Origin: an uncultured Acidobacteriota bacterium
GTDB lineage: Bacteria > Acidobacteriota > Terriglobia > UBA7540
DNA: 64,000 bases
Assembly (NCBI GenBank): GCA_963804995.1
Contig: CAWDSK010000003.1
Span: 576,001 to 640,000, forward strand
Direction of reading: 5' to 3'
Shown here: one piece after another, positions 56,425 to 64,000 of the stretch
Position numbering within the stretch: the stretch's first letter is position 1
Layout of the letters: every line of letters begins with the position of its first letter
Notes under the pieces: model-generated
Database searches by the model: none
Told to the model about the DNA's origin: nothing
Seen by the model: the letters and a program-made list of their open reading frames with translations, nothing else
Translations under genes and position numbers: made by a program

Positions 56425-57825
56425 ATGGACAAGCATGAGACCCATCTATCCCGGCGTGACACTTTGAAATTAATTACCGGAGTGTTGGGAGGAGGACTTG
56501 TGGTGCGCCAATGCGAGGGCGCAGAAGGCGGAGAGTTTCGTTTGACCTCGTTCACGGCGGATGTCACACCGCCTGTGGGTAATCCCTTGTTCAATGGTAT
56601 GCCCGAACGCGCCACGGTCATCGTGGATCGGCTGGAGGCCAATGGAATTGTTCTATCCGGTTCCGGCAAGCCCCTCGTGCTGGTGGCCGTCGACTGGTGT
56701 GAGATTCGCAACGAGTCCTACGAACGGTGGCGATCCGTGCTGGCTGAGGCCGCCGGGACGGATAAGGAAAGGGTGCTGGTGAGTTGCATTCACCAGCATG
56801 ATGCCGCTTACAGTGACAAGGTGGCGCAACAACTCTTAAAAGCCAACCACGTTCCACAGGATTTGTGTGACCTGGATTTTGATGAGCGCACGATCCAGGG
56901 CGTGGCGTCCGCGCTGCGCAAATCCCTGGCCAATTCGCACCCCATCACCCATATCGGGACCGGACAAGGGAAGGTGGAAATGGTCGCCTCCAACCGGCGC
57001 TATGTCACCCCGGACGGAAAAGTCTCCTGGGGAAGAACCAGTTCAGAACGCGACCCGGTGGTTCGAAACATGCCCATCGGATTAATCGATCCCTGGCTGA
57101 AGACCATCAGCTTTTGGAAGGGTGACCAGCCCGTGGCCGCCCTGAGCTGTTACTCAACCCATCCCATGGCTCACTATGGAAAGGGAGAAGTCTCCTATGA
57201 CTTCCCGGGAATGGCGCGCGCCCAGCGGCGGAAAGAGATGCCCTCGGTCACGCAGATCTACTTCTCGGGCTGCAGTGGAGATACCATGGCGGGCAAGTTC
57301 AACGACGGAAATTACCAGAACCGCCCGATCCTGGCAGAACGTCTGCATCAAGGCATGCTGGCCGCGTGGAATTCGACCAAGCGGCATCCGCTGAACAAAA
57401 TCGGTTTCCGTTGCGCTCCGATGAAACTGGAGCCGAGGCATACGCCCGGGTTCAGTCTGGAAGATTTTCGCCGCAACCTCGCGGACGAAAAACAGACGAC
57501 GCTCGAACGCTTCGACGCGGCGCTGGGCTTAAGCTGGCGGCAACGCACCGATTCCGGCCACCACATCGACGTTCCGGCGATCGACTTCGGTCCCGCCCAA
57601 ATCGTGCTGATGCCGGCGGAATCCTTCGTGCAATATCAGCTCTGGGCGCAGGCCCTGAGGCCCGACTCCTTCGTCATGACGCTGGGGTATGGCGAATGCG
57701 CGCCCGGCTACATCCCCACGGCCAAGGATGCGGCGGAAGGTTATAACGATCATTACAGTTGGATTGCTTTTCCGGAATGCGAGGCGAGCATGCGTCAGGC
57801 CCTCGCCGCTGCCTTGAAAGCGTAA
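56425..57825 (+). CDS. Tat-exported neutral/alkaline ceramidase-like putative metallo-amidase
   Basis: SRRDTLK Tat motif; ADVTPP, DWCEI, IHQHDA, YSTHP, SGCSGD, MPAESFVQYQL, GYIPT. Confidence 0.75.
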   Translation: MDKHETHLSRRDTLKLITGVLGGGLVVRQCEGAEGGEFRLTSFTADVTPPVGNPLFNGMPERATVIVDRLEANGIVLSGSGKPLVLVAVDWCEIRNESYERWRSVLAEAAGTDKERVLVSCIHQHDAAYSDKVAQQLLKANHVPQDLCDLDFDERTIQGVASALRKSLANSHPITHIGTGQGKVEMVASNRRYVTPDGKVSWGRTSSERDPVVRNMPIGLIDPWLKTISFWKGDQPVAALSCYSTHPMAHYGKGEVSYDFPGMARAQRRKEMPSVTQIYFSGCSGDTMAGKFNDGNYQNRPILAERLHQGMLAAWNSTKRHPLNKIGFRCAPMKLEPRHTPGFSLEDFRRNLADEKQTTLERFDAALGLSWRQRTDSGHHIDVPAIDFGPAQIVLMPAESFVQYQLWAQALRPDSFVMTLGYGECAPGYIPTAKDAAEGYNDHYSWIAFPECEASMRQALAAALKA

Positions 57826-57854
57826 CCTCGCGCGCCGGGCAGGTTGATGAAAAC

Positions 57855-57935
57855 GACGTAGCGGCGGGTTTACCCCGCCATTTGGCGAGGTACTCTCGCC
57901 GGCAGGAAATGGCGGGGTAAACCCGCCGCTACGTC
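57855..57935. repeat. GACGTAGCGGCGGG REP pair
   Basis: gacgtagcggcgggtttaccccgccattt ... aaatggcggggtaaacccgccgctacgtc. Confidence 0.88.
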
Positions 57936-57975
57936 GCAGTGAGTATATGCAAAATCCCTTAACGAGGAGCTCAAC

Positions 57976-59358
57976 ATGAAAACTGATCGCCGCGGATTTC
58001 TAGCAGGTTCGCTCGCCACCCTGGGCGGTTTTGCGGCGCGGGGCGACGCTATGCTCCCGCCCGGCGTACCGCCTGAAGGGGGCGTGCAGGTTGCCACTTT
58101 TGTAGCCGATATAACCGTGCCTCTCGGTGAACCTCTGGCGTTTACTTGTCCCCCCACCAAGGTCATTGAGCACCCGTTGCTTGCCAAGGGAATTGTCCTG
58201 CGCGACGCGGGTGGGACCTACGTGCTTTGTGCCCTGGATTGGTGCGAGATTCACAGCGCGACCCACGATGTCTTCCGGGAAAAGATCGGCAAGGCCGCGG
58301 GTGTGCCTGCTTCCCAGGTGGCGGTCCAGACTCTGCACCAGCACACGGCGCCTGCCTACGACAACGATGCGCAGGGATTGCTGAACAAGCTCGCCGGTGA
58401 CCCGCCCCAAAAAGGATTTGAGTTTGTGGATGTGGCCGCCAATCGAACCGCCGCGGCAGTCGCGAAAGCCACAACTCAATTACGCAGCGTATCGCAGGTG
58501 GGCACGGGTTGGGCGTCCGTCAACCAAGTGGCTTCGTCGCGCCGCATCCGGCAGCCCGACGGAACCATTCTGACGCGCTTGAGCAGCAGCAAGAATCCGG
58601 AAGAGCAGAAGGCGCCCGAAGGGTACATCGATGGCTATGTGCGCACCCTCACTTTCTTTGACGGCGAGCAGCCGGTAGTTCGAGTGTATTACTACGCGAC
58701 GCATCCACAATCTTACTATAACGATGGGCGCGTGACTTACGATGTCCCCGGCATCGCCCGCGAGCGGCTGGAGAAGGAATCCGGCGTCTTCCAGCTCTAC
58801 TTCACAGGCTGCGGCGGTGATATCGGGATGGGAAAATACAACGACGGCACTCCCGAGCGCCGGCCGGTTCTGGTCGACCGTTTGTACGACGGCATGATTC
58901 GGTCGGTTAAAAACGTCCATAAGGAACCGCTTACCGGATTGCGATGGAAAACCACCGACGTGCGGTTCCCCATCCGCAGGGACGGGCTATTTTCTGAAGA
59001 GTCCTGCCGCAAGGCTCTGGCTGAAACCAAGGGGCCTTCTATGGCGCACCTGAACGCCGCCTGGGCAACCGTGCGCGCTGAGCAAGACCGGGCCATCCAA
59101 CTGAGCTGCCTTACCCTCGGTTCGGTCCGGGTCCTGCACCTTCCCGGGGAGCCTTTCGTCGAGTATCAGCTCTGGGCCCAACACAATCGCCCGGACCTCT
59201 TCGTGGCGGTGGCCGGATACGGCGATTGTACGACCGGGTACATTTGCACGAACGTCGCCTATACCGATCGAGGTGGCTACGAACAGACGGAATCGTTTGT
59301 GGGCCCCAGTGAAGATATTCTCAAGGCAGCCATCGGCAAGCTGCTGGCGGATGGGTAG
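57976..59358 (+). CDS. Tat-exported ceramidase-like protein, paralog of the upstream gene
   Basis: DRRGFL Tat motif; ADITVP, DWCEI, LHQHTAP, YATHP, TGCGGD, LPGEPFVEYQL, GYICT. Confidence 0.75.
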   Translation: MKTDRRGFLAGSLATLGGFAARGDAMLPPGVPPEGGVQVATFVADITVPLGEPLAFTCPPTKVIEHPLLAKGIVLRDAGGTYVLCALDWCEIHSATHDVFREKIGKAAGVPASQVAVQTLHQHTAPAYDNDAQGLLNKLAGDPPQKGFEFVDVAANRTAAAVAKATTQLRSVSQVGTGWASVNQVASSRRIRQPDGTILTRLSSSKNPEEQKAPEGYIDGYVRTLTFFDGEQPVVRVYYYATHPQSYYNDGRVTYDVPGIARERLEKESGVFQLYFTGCGGDIGMGKYNDGTPERRPVLVDRLYDGMIRSVKNVHKEPLTGLRWKTTDVRFPIRRDGLFSEESCRKALAETKGPSMAHLNAAWATVRAEQDRAIQLSCLTLGSVRVLHLPGEPFVEYQLWAQHNRPDLFVAVAGYGDCTTGYICTNVAYTDRGGYEQTESFVGPSEDILKAAIGKLLADG

Positions 59359-59432
59359 GTGGGATGAACCGTGACAATGCCAGCGTCCTGAGTCAGAAGT
59401 TCGGTGACGAAGTCTAAATGGGTTCCAGGGCG

Positions 59433-59613
59433 AACCCCCTCACCCGTCCCGCCCCGGCTGATGAGAACGCCGGCGGCGGGCCACCCTCTCCCCCAAGGGG
59501 GCGAGGGAGTAAGCTCAACGCTACCCTCCGTCGCCGCGGCGACAGAGGGTGGTAAATTCAAAATAACTCTCCCCTCGCCCCCTTGGGGGAGAGGGGCTGG
59601 GGGGTGAGGGGGT
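59433..59613. repeat. CCCCTCACCC-family REP pair
   Basis: aaccccctcacccgtcccgccccggctgatgag...; inverted unit ends ggtgagggggt. Confidence 0.88.
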
Positions 59614-59697
59614 CACCAAGAACGATTTGAAGAGTAACGCCCCAATTTGAGCAGTACTTTGCCAGGCCTCCAATCCGGTCTCCGAAGGAGCAGGATC

Positions 59698-61773
59698 ATG
59701 TCTCGAAGCCGTGTGCTTAAATGCCTCCTCACGTCCGCACTTTTTCTGGCCTGGCTGGTAGCGCCCTCCACACGCGCGGCCGATCACAATCCTCTGCTGC
59801 CACGGCCGCAGGAAGTTCGCTATGGCAACGGCTCGCTCCGCCTCCAGGGTCTGAGCATCCGCATCGCATCGGACGCGAGCGCCGAGGATCGCTTCGCCGC
59901 GGAGCAATTGGCGGCGGCACTCAGTTCCCGCTCCGGGACCTCGATCCCCATTTCGGAAAAAGCCACGCCCGGCCATGCCATTGTCCTGACGCGTACCGGA
60001 TCCGGCTCCGCCCTGCCGCAACCGGACGAGCACCCGGGCCCCGATTCTCGTGAAGCCTACACGCTGAGCATCACCGCCCAGGGTGGCGAAGTTCGCGCGC
60101 GCTCATCGGCAGGCTTGTTTTACGGTGTGCAAACCCTGCGTGAAATGGTGGAAGGAGCCGGCGGCGATGCGGCGCTTCCGGCCGCGGAGGTCCGCGACTG
60201 GCCTTCCTTCGCCTATCGCGCCGTGATGATGGATATGAGCCACGGTGCGTTGCCGACTGAAGCAGAGGTCAAACGGCAAATCGATTTCCTGGCTCGATGG
60301 AAAGGCAACCAGTACTTCTTCTACTCCGAAGCCAACATTGAACTGAAGGGCTACTCGCTGCTCAATCCTGGCGACGCGCGTTTCACCCAAGAGCAGGTGC
60401 GGAGGATCATCGACTATGCCCGCGAACGTCATATCGATGTAGTCCCTTGCCTGGAACTATACGGACACCTGCACGATCTTTTTCGCGTGGAGCGTTATTC
60501 GGAATTGTCGGTGCTCCCCAATGGCGGCGAATTCGATCCTCGCAAACCCGGCGTGATGCCCGTCGTCCAGGACTGGGTCGAGCAGCTCACCAAGCTATTC
60601 CCCAGCCCCTTCTGCCATATCGGCTTTGACGAAACTTATGAGCTTGACATGGCTGCCGAAGCGGAAAAAGCTGCCCCGGCCCATCTGTACCTGGAACAGG
60701 TGCGGAGCGTGGCGGCGCTGGTGGCGCAGCACGGCAAGCGCGTGATGATGTGGGGCGATCACAATATCATCACGCAGCATCCGGAGATTCTGGCCGGCCT
60801 GCCCGCCGGCATCATCGCCGTGCCCTGGCACAACGGCTTTTTGGAATCCTATCAGAGCTACCTGGAACCCTTTTCCTCACGCCAGATTCCCCAGTATGCC
60901 TCAACGTCGATCTATGGTTACGCGCAGGTCTTCCCGGACTTCAACCAATCGTTTGCCGCCCTCACCAACCTGATGGCCGACGCCCGCCAATTTCATTCCG
61001 TGGGCCTCCTGCTTACGCTCTGGACGGACGACGCCCAGGTGTCAACCCGCATGTCCCTTCCGGGTGTCGCTTTCGGCATGTCCCTCTGCTGGCAATCTGA
61101 GGCGCTTGCGCCCGGCAAGTTTTTTGAGGATTACGCGAACCTGGTCTATTCCCCCGCCGTGGCTCGCGAAGTGGCGCCGGCCCTGCGCGAACTTTCCGAC
61201 GCCGAGCAGCGCCTGCAAAGTGTTCTGGGCTATACCACTAGCCGGATGTTTTGGACCGATCCGCTTTCCAGTTCCAGCCTGCAGCGGGGGCAAGCGCACC
61301 GCGAGGACTTCCGCCAGGTGCGTCTGCTGGCTGAGGATGCGCAAATGCATCTGCAACGCGCCCTGGAATTGAAAGGCAACGAGGAAAACCTTGCAACCTT
61401 TTTGCTGGGATCACAGATGCTCGACTACGCCGGCATGAAATTCCTTTATGCGACGGAGTTGGCGGATTATTGGCGGCAAATGGGCCCGCACCCCACACCC
61501 CATCAGGTGGAATTCTATATCCTGACGGAAATGTGCGAGGAGGATCACTCCCTCATCGCGGATCTGCTGGACGCCGCGGCGGGACTGAGAGATCGGCGCC
61601 AGGCCGCGTGGCTCGAAGAATATACGCCCTATCGACTGCGTGGAGCTTTGGAGAAGTGGGATGCCGAGTACCAGTACTGGTACCGCCTGCAGCGCCGCCT
61701 GCGGGACTTTTCGGATAATTTTCGTGAGGGAGACGCGTTGCCTCCCTTCTTATCCTTCAATCCGGGAATATGA
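59698..61773 (+). CDS. GH20 beta-N-acetylhexosaminidase family protein
   Basis: Signal peptide, LLPRPQEV, EAYTL, GLFYGVQTL, VRDWPSFAYRAVMMDMSH, HIGFDE catalytic motif. Confidence 0.9.
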   Translation: MSRSRVLKCLLTSALFLAWLVAPSTRAADHNPLLPRPQEVRYGNGSLRLQGLSIRIASDASAEDRFAAEQLAAALSSRSGTSIPISEKATPGHAIVLTRTGSGSALPQPDEHPGPDSREAYTLSITAQGGEVRARSSAGLFYGVQTLREMVEGAGGDAALPAAEVRDWPSFAYRAVMMDMSHGALPTEAEVKRQIDFLARWKGNQYFFYSEANIELKGYSLLNPGDARFTQEQVRRIIDYARERHIDVVPCLELYGHLHDLFRVERYSELSVLPNGGEFDPRKPGVMPVVQDWVEQLTKLFPSPFCHIGFDETYELDMAAEAEKAAPAHLYLEQVRSVAALVAQHGKRVMMWGDHNIITQHPEILAGLPAGIIAVPWHNGFLESYQSYLEPFSSRQIPQYASTSIYGYAQVFPDFNQSFAALTNLMADARQFHSVGLLLTLWTDDAQVSTRMSLPGVAFGMSLCWQSEALAPGKFFEDYANLVYSPAVAREVAPALRELSDAEQRLQSVLGYTTSRMFWTDPLSSSSLQRGQAHREDFRQVRLLAEDAQMHLQRALELKGNEENLATFLLGSQMLDYAGMKFLYATELADYWRQMGPHPTPHQVEFYILTEMCEEDHSLIADLLDAAAGLRDRRQAAWLEEYTPYRLRGALEKWDAEYQYWYRLQRRLRDFSDNFREGDALPPFLSFNPGI

Positions 61774-61969
61774 ACCTCCGTACTACAATTAGGCTTGACA
61801 TTAAGCGTTTCAAAGTGGCATAATTTCACTGCCCCGGCTGCCCGAACGGGCCGGCGTGAAGCGCTCCGCGGGAAGGATTCCCCGGTGGGGCCTTTCAAAA
61901 GCAAACTGGAACGCTCCAGTGGGAAAAACGAGACCGAAAACAGACCGCCTGAGCTATACATTTTTAGCC

Positions 61970-62129
61970 GACAATGTGTCGCTGGATGGATAAAACGTCC
62001 AAAGCTGAGAACATATTGAAAACAAAGCGCGTCACTATGAGATTTCTGCGCACCAAAGCTGAGAGGTTATTGAAAACAAATACGGTTAGCAACAATATTA
62101 TAAATGGTAAAACATGATGACAATGTGTC
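61970..62129. repeat. AT-rich segment with two 28-bp direct repeats, bounded by 11-bp direct repeats
   Basis: GACAATGTGTC at 61970 and 62119; ccaaagctgaga(aca/ggt)tattgaaaacaaa at 61999 and 62053. Confidence 0.85.
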
Positions 62130-62458
62130 CTGTGGATAGGGGTCGAAAAGCCGTGGAAAACCTCCGTGTGACGAGGGAGAATTCCGTGGGGGAATGGCGC
62201 TCGCTGCCGATCCGCAATGAAGAAAATGCCGGCCGGGCGTCTACGGCCCAAAGTCTAAACCCATGATCCCGCCCCTCCTTTAACGAGTGATAGGCTACAT
62301 AGATAAGCTACCCACTCTCTTCCCGCCCGGCCAGACCCTGACCCCGCAAATCAAACTACCCCACTACCCAAAAGTCCCGGAGCTGTGCTACCGTGGGCGG
62401 CGCGAAAGAGGCGAATCTTGGTTGGGAGTGAAGTAAATACCCAGGGGAGGTTGGATTC

Positions 62459-64000
62459 ATGCGACGCAAAAATCTGACGCGGAGAGAGTTTATTCAAACA
62501 ACTTCTGTAGGTATGGGTGCGGCGGGGCTAATACCGTGGGCAACAGAGGGGCCACAAGGCGTCGCCAGGGAGGCGACAGCCGCCAGCCGCTCGCTCGGCA
62601 ACACGTTCAAGAACAACTTATCCCCACACGCGCACCCTGCCACGGGGGGGAGCTGGGCGGGGGTCGACCAGGTATTGTCCGGCTTTGAGCGCCCGTTGAT
62701 CTTCCCGACTCCGCAACAGTTGGAATTGCGCGACGCGCCGTTTGCCCTGAACCCGGAATGCGCCATCGTGCTTCCCCTGATGGCCTCTTCAAGCGACAGT
62801 GCGTTGGCTCGCTTTCTTTCGGAGGAAATGAGTGACCGGTATGATGTGCAATTGAAAATGCAGCCCCTCGATAGGCTTCCTGCCGCCGGCAAATTCATTT
62901 TGATCGGGTCGATTCAGAATCCCCTGGTTCGCGACTTCTGCCAGCAGAACCACCTGGATGTTACTGCACAAAATCCTGGTCCGGAAGGCTACGTATTGCA
63001 CGTGAGCGAACACGCAGCGATCGTGGCCGGCAGCGATGAGCGCGGAGCTTTCTACGGTCTGCAATCGCTGCGGCAATTGATCTCGCGGCGCGAGCGTGGC
63101 CTTGAGATTCCCGGTGTGCAGGTGTGCGACTGGCCCGACAAACCGTTTCGAGGCTTCAAGCTCTATGTGCCGGGACAAACCAGCATTCCGTTTTTCCGCC
63201 GCTTCGTGCGCGAAGTGTTGGCGCTCTACAAATTCAATACCCTGATGGTAGAGATGAACGGCTGCATGCGGCTCGATCGCCATCCGGAAGTCAACGCCGG
63301 GGCGATGGAATATGCGCGCGACACGAATTACAGCCTGCGAAATTATCCGCCCGGGCCGGTCCATAATCGCGAACAGAATTCCTCCCACCAGGATTGCGGT
63401 GACGGCGGCCTGCTGGAAAAGGATGAGGTGGCAGGCCTGGTGCGCTGGGCCGAGGCGCACCATATCGAAGTCGTGCCGGAAGTTCCCTCCTTCACACACA
63501 GCTTCTATCTGCTGTCGCGACACCGGGACCTGTCAGACGTTCCTGGCGACAAGTGGCCCGACACGTTTTGCCCTTCCGAGCCACGCAGCTACCAGCTTCT
63601 CTTCGATGTGATGGATGAATACATCGAGGTCATGAAGCCGCGCCTGATTCATGTCGGCCACGATGAATGGTTCGCGCCCTTCGGAGTTTGCCCGCGCTGC
63701 CAGGGGAAAGATCCGGGCGAGCTTCTGGGCCAGGACTTGCGCAAGACTCATGACTACCTCGCGGACCAGGACATCAAAATGGCGATTTGGGGTGACTACC
63801 TGCTCCAAACCGTCCGCGGCACGGGCTTGCAAAAGCGCACATCCCCTGACGGCTGGAAGTACACTTCGGCCGGCGGCATGACTCCGCAGCAGGTGAAGGA
63901 CTTGGTTCCCAAAGACATCCTGCTCTTCAACTGGTTTTGGGGGGAGGAGGATCGCGGGGTGGTGAATGAGGTGCAATTGGACGAATGGGGGTTCCAGCAG
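62459..64000 (+). CDS. Tat-exported GH20-family glycoside hydrolase; runs off the right edge
   Basis: Absent from the ORF track. Manual translation gives MRRKNLTRREFIQ (Tat), LIFPTPQQL, GPEGYVL, GAFYGLQSLRQL, VCDWPDKPFRG, IHVGHDEW. Confidence 0.9.
   Translation, partial: MRRKNLTRREFIQTTSVGMGAAGLIPWATEGPQGVAREATAASRSLGNTFKNNLSPHAHPATGGSWAGVDQVLSGFERPLIFPTPQQLELRDAPFALNPECAIVLPLMASSSDSALARFLSEEMSDRYDVQLKMQPLDRLPAAGKFILIGSIQNPLVRDFCQQNHLDVTAQNPGPEGYVLHVSEHAAIVAGSDERGAFYGLQSLRQLISRRERGLEIPGVQVCDWPDKPFRGFKLYVPGQTSIPFFRRFVREVLALYKFNTLMVEMNGCMRLDRHPEVNAGAMEYARDTNYSLRNYPPGPVHNREQNSSHQDCGDGGLLEKDEVAGLVRWAEAHHIEVVPEVPSFTHSFYLLSRHRDLSDVPGDKWPDTFCPSEPRSYQLLFDVMDEYIEVMKPRLIHVGHDEWFAPFGVCPRCQGKDPGELLGQDLRKTHDYLADQDIKMAIWGDYLLQTVRGTGLQKRTSPDGWKYTSAGGMTPQQVKDLVPKDILLFNWFWGEEDRGVVNEVQLDEWGFQQ

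Noticed and set aside
61999..62080. Mini CRISPR array (28-bp repeat, 26-bp spacer)
   Set aside because: Only two imperfect copies, no palindrome or leader, no cas genes.
1..64000. tRNA, rRNA, transposase, integrase, prophage or defence genes
   Set aside because: None recognisable by eye or in the ORF track; a tRNAscan/Rfam/HMM scan would be needed to exclude divergent ones.

Overview
GC-rich bacterial chromosomal window with a gene style typical of Acidobacteriota (Oar-type TonB-dependent receptors, CRTAC1/TPR proteins, dense intergenic palindromic repeats); the taxon is my inference. About 40 genes. (1) 1-13.1 kb: glycan/sulfate-ester locus (anaerobic sulfatase maturase, TonB-dependent receptor, TPR protein, CRTAC1/ASPIC-UnbV protein, Thr-motif sulfatase-TPR fusion, GH105). 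(2) 13.4-21.2 kb: sigma54 two-component pair, APC permease, EamA transporter. (3) 21.4-25.2 kb: an FMN riboswitch directly upstream of a TonB-dependent receptor, the most notable signal and a candidate outer-membrane flavin uptake system. (4) 25.2-43.5 kb: glcDEF-acsA, a small secreted protein behind tandem ECF-like promoters and a structured leader, rhomboid, mazG-GNAT-menC/NAAAR-EamA, epimerase, beta-helix protein, amidohydrolase, an internally deleted aminotransferase remnant and an orphan nuoA. (5) 43.7-64 kb: sugar-acid/amino-sugar catabolism (uxaE, LarA-family epimerase, two SDRs, sialidase, two FGGY kinases, two Tat-exported ceramidase-like paralogs, two GH20 enzymes). Three genes carry one extra base in a short homopolymer, probably sequencing errors. 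Several families of nested REP/MITE-like repeats fill the intergenic space. I saw no rRNA, tRNA, CRISPR array, transposase or integrase.
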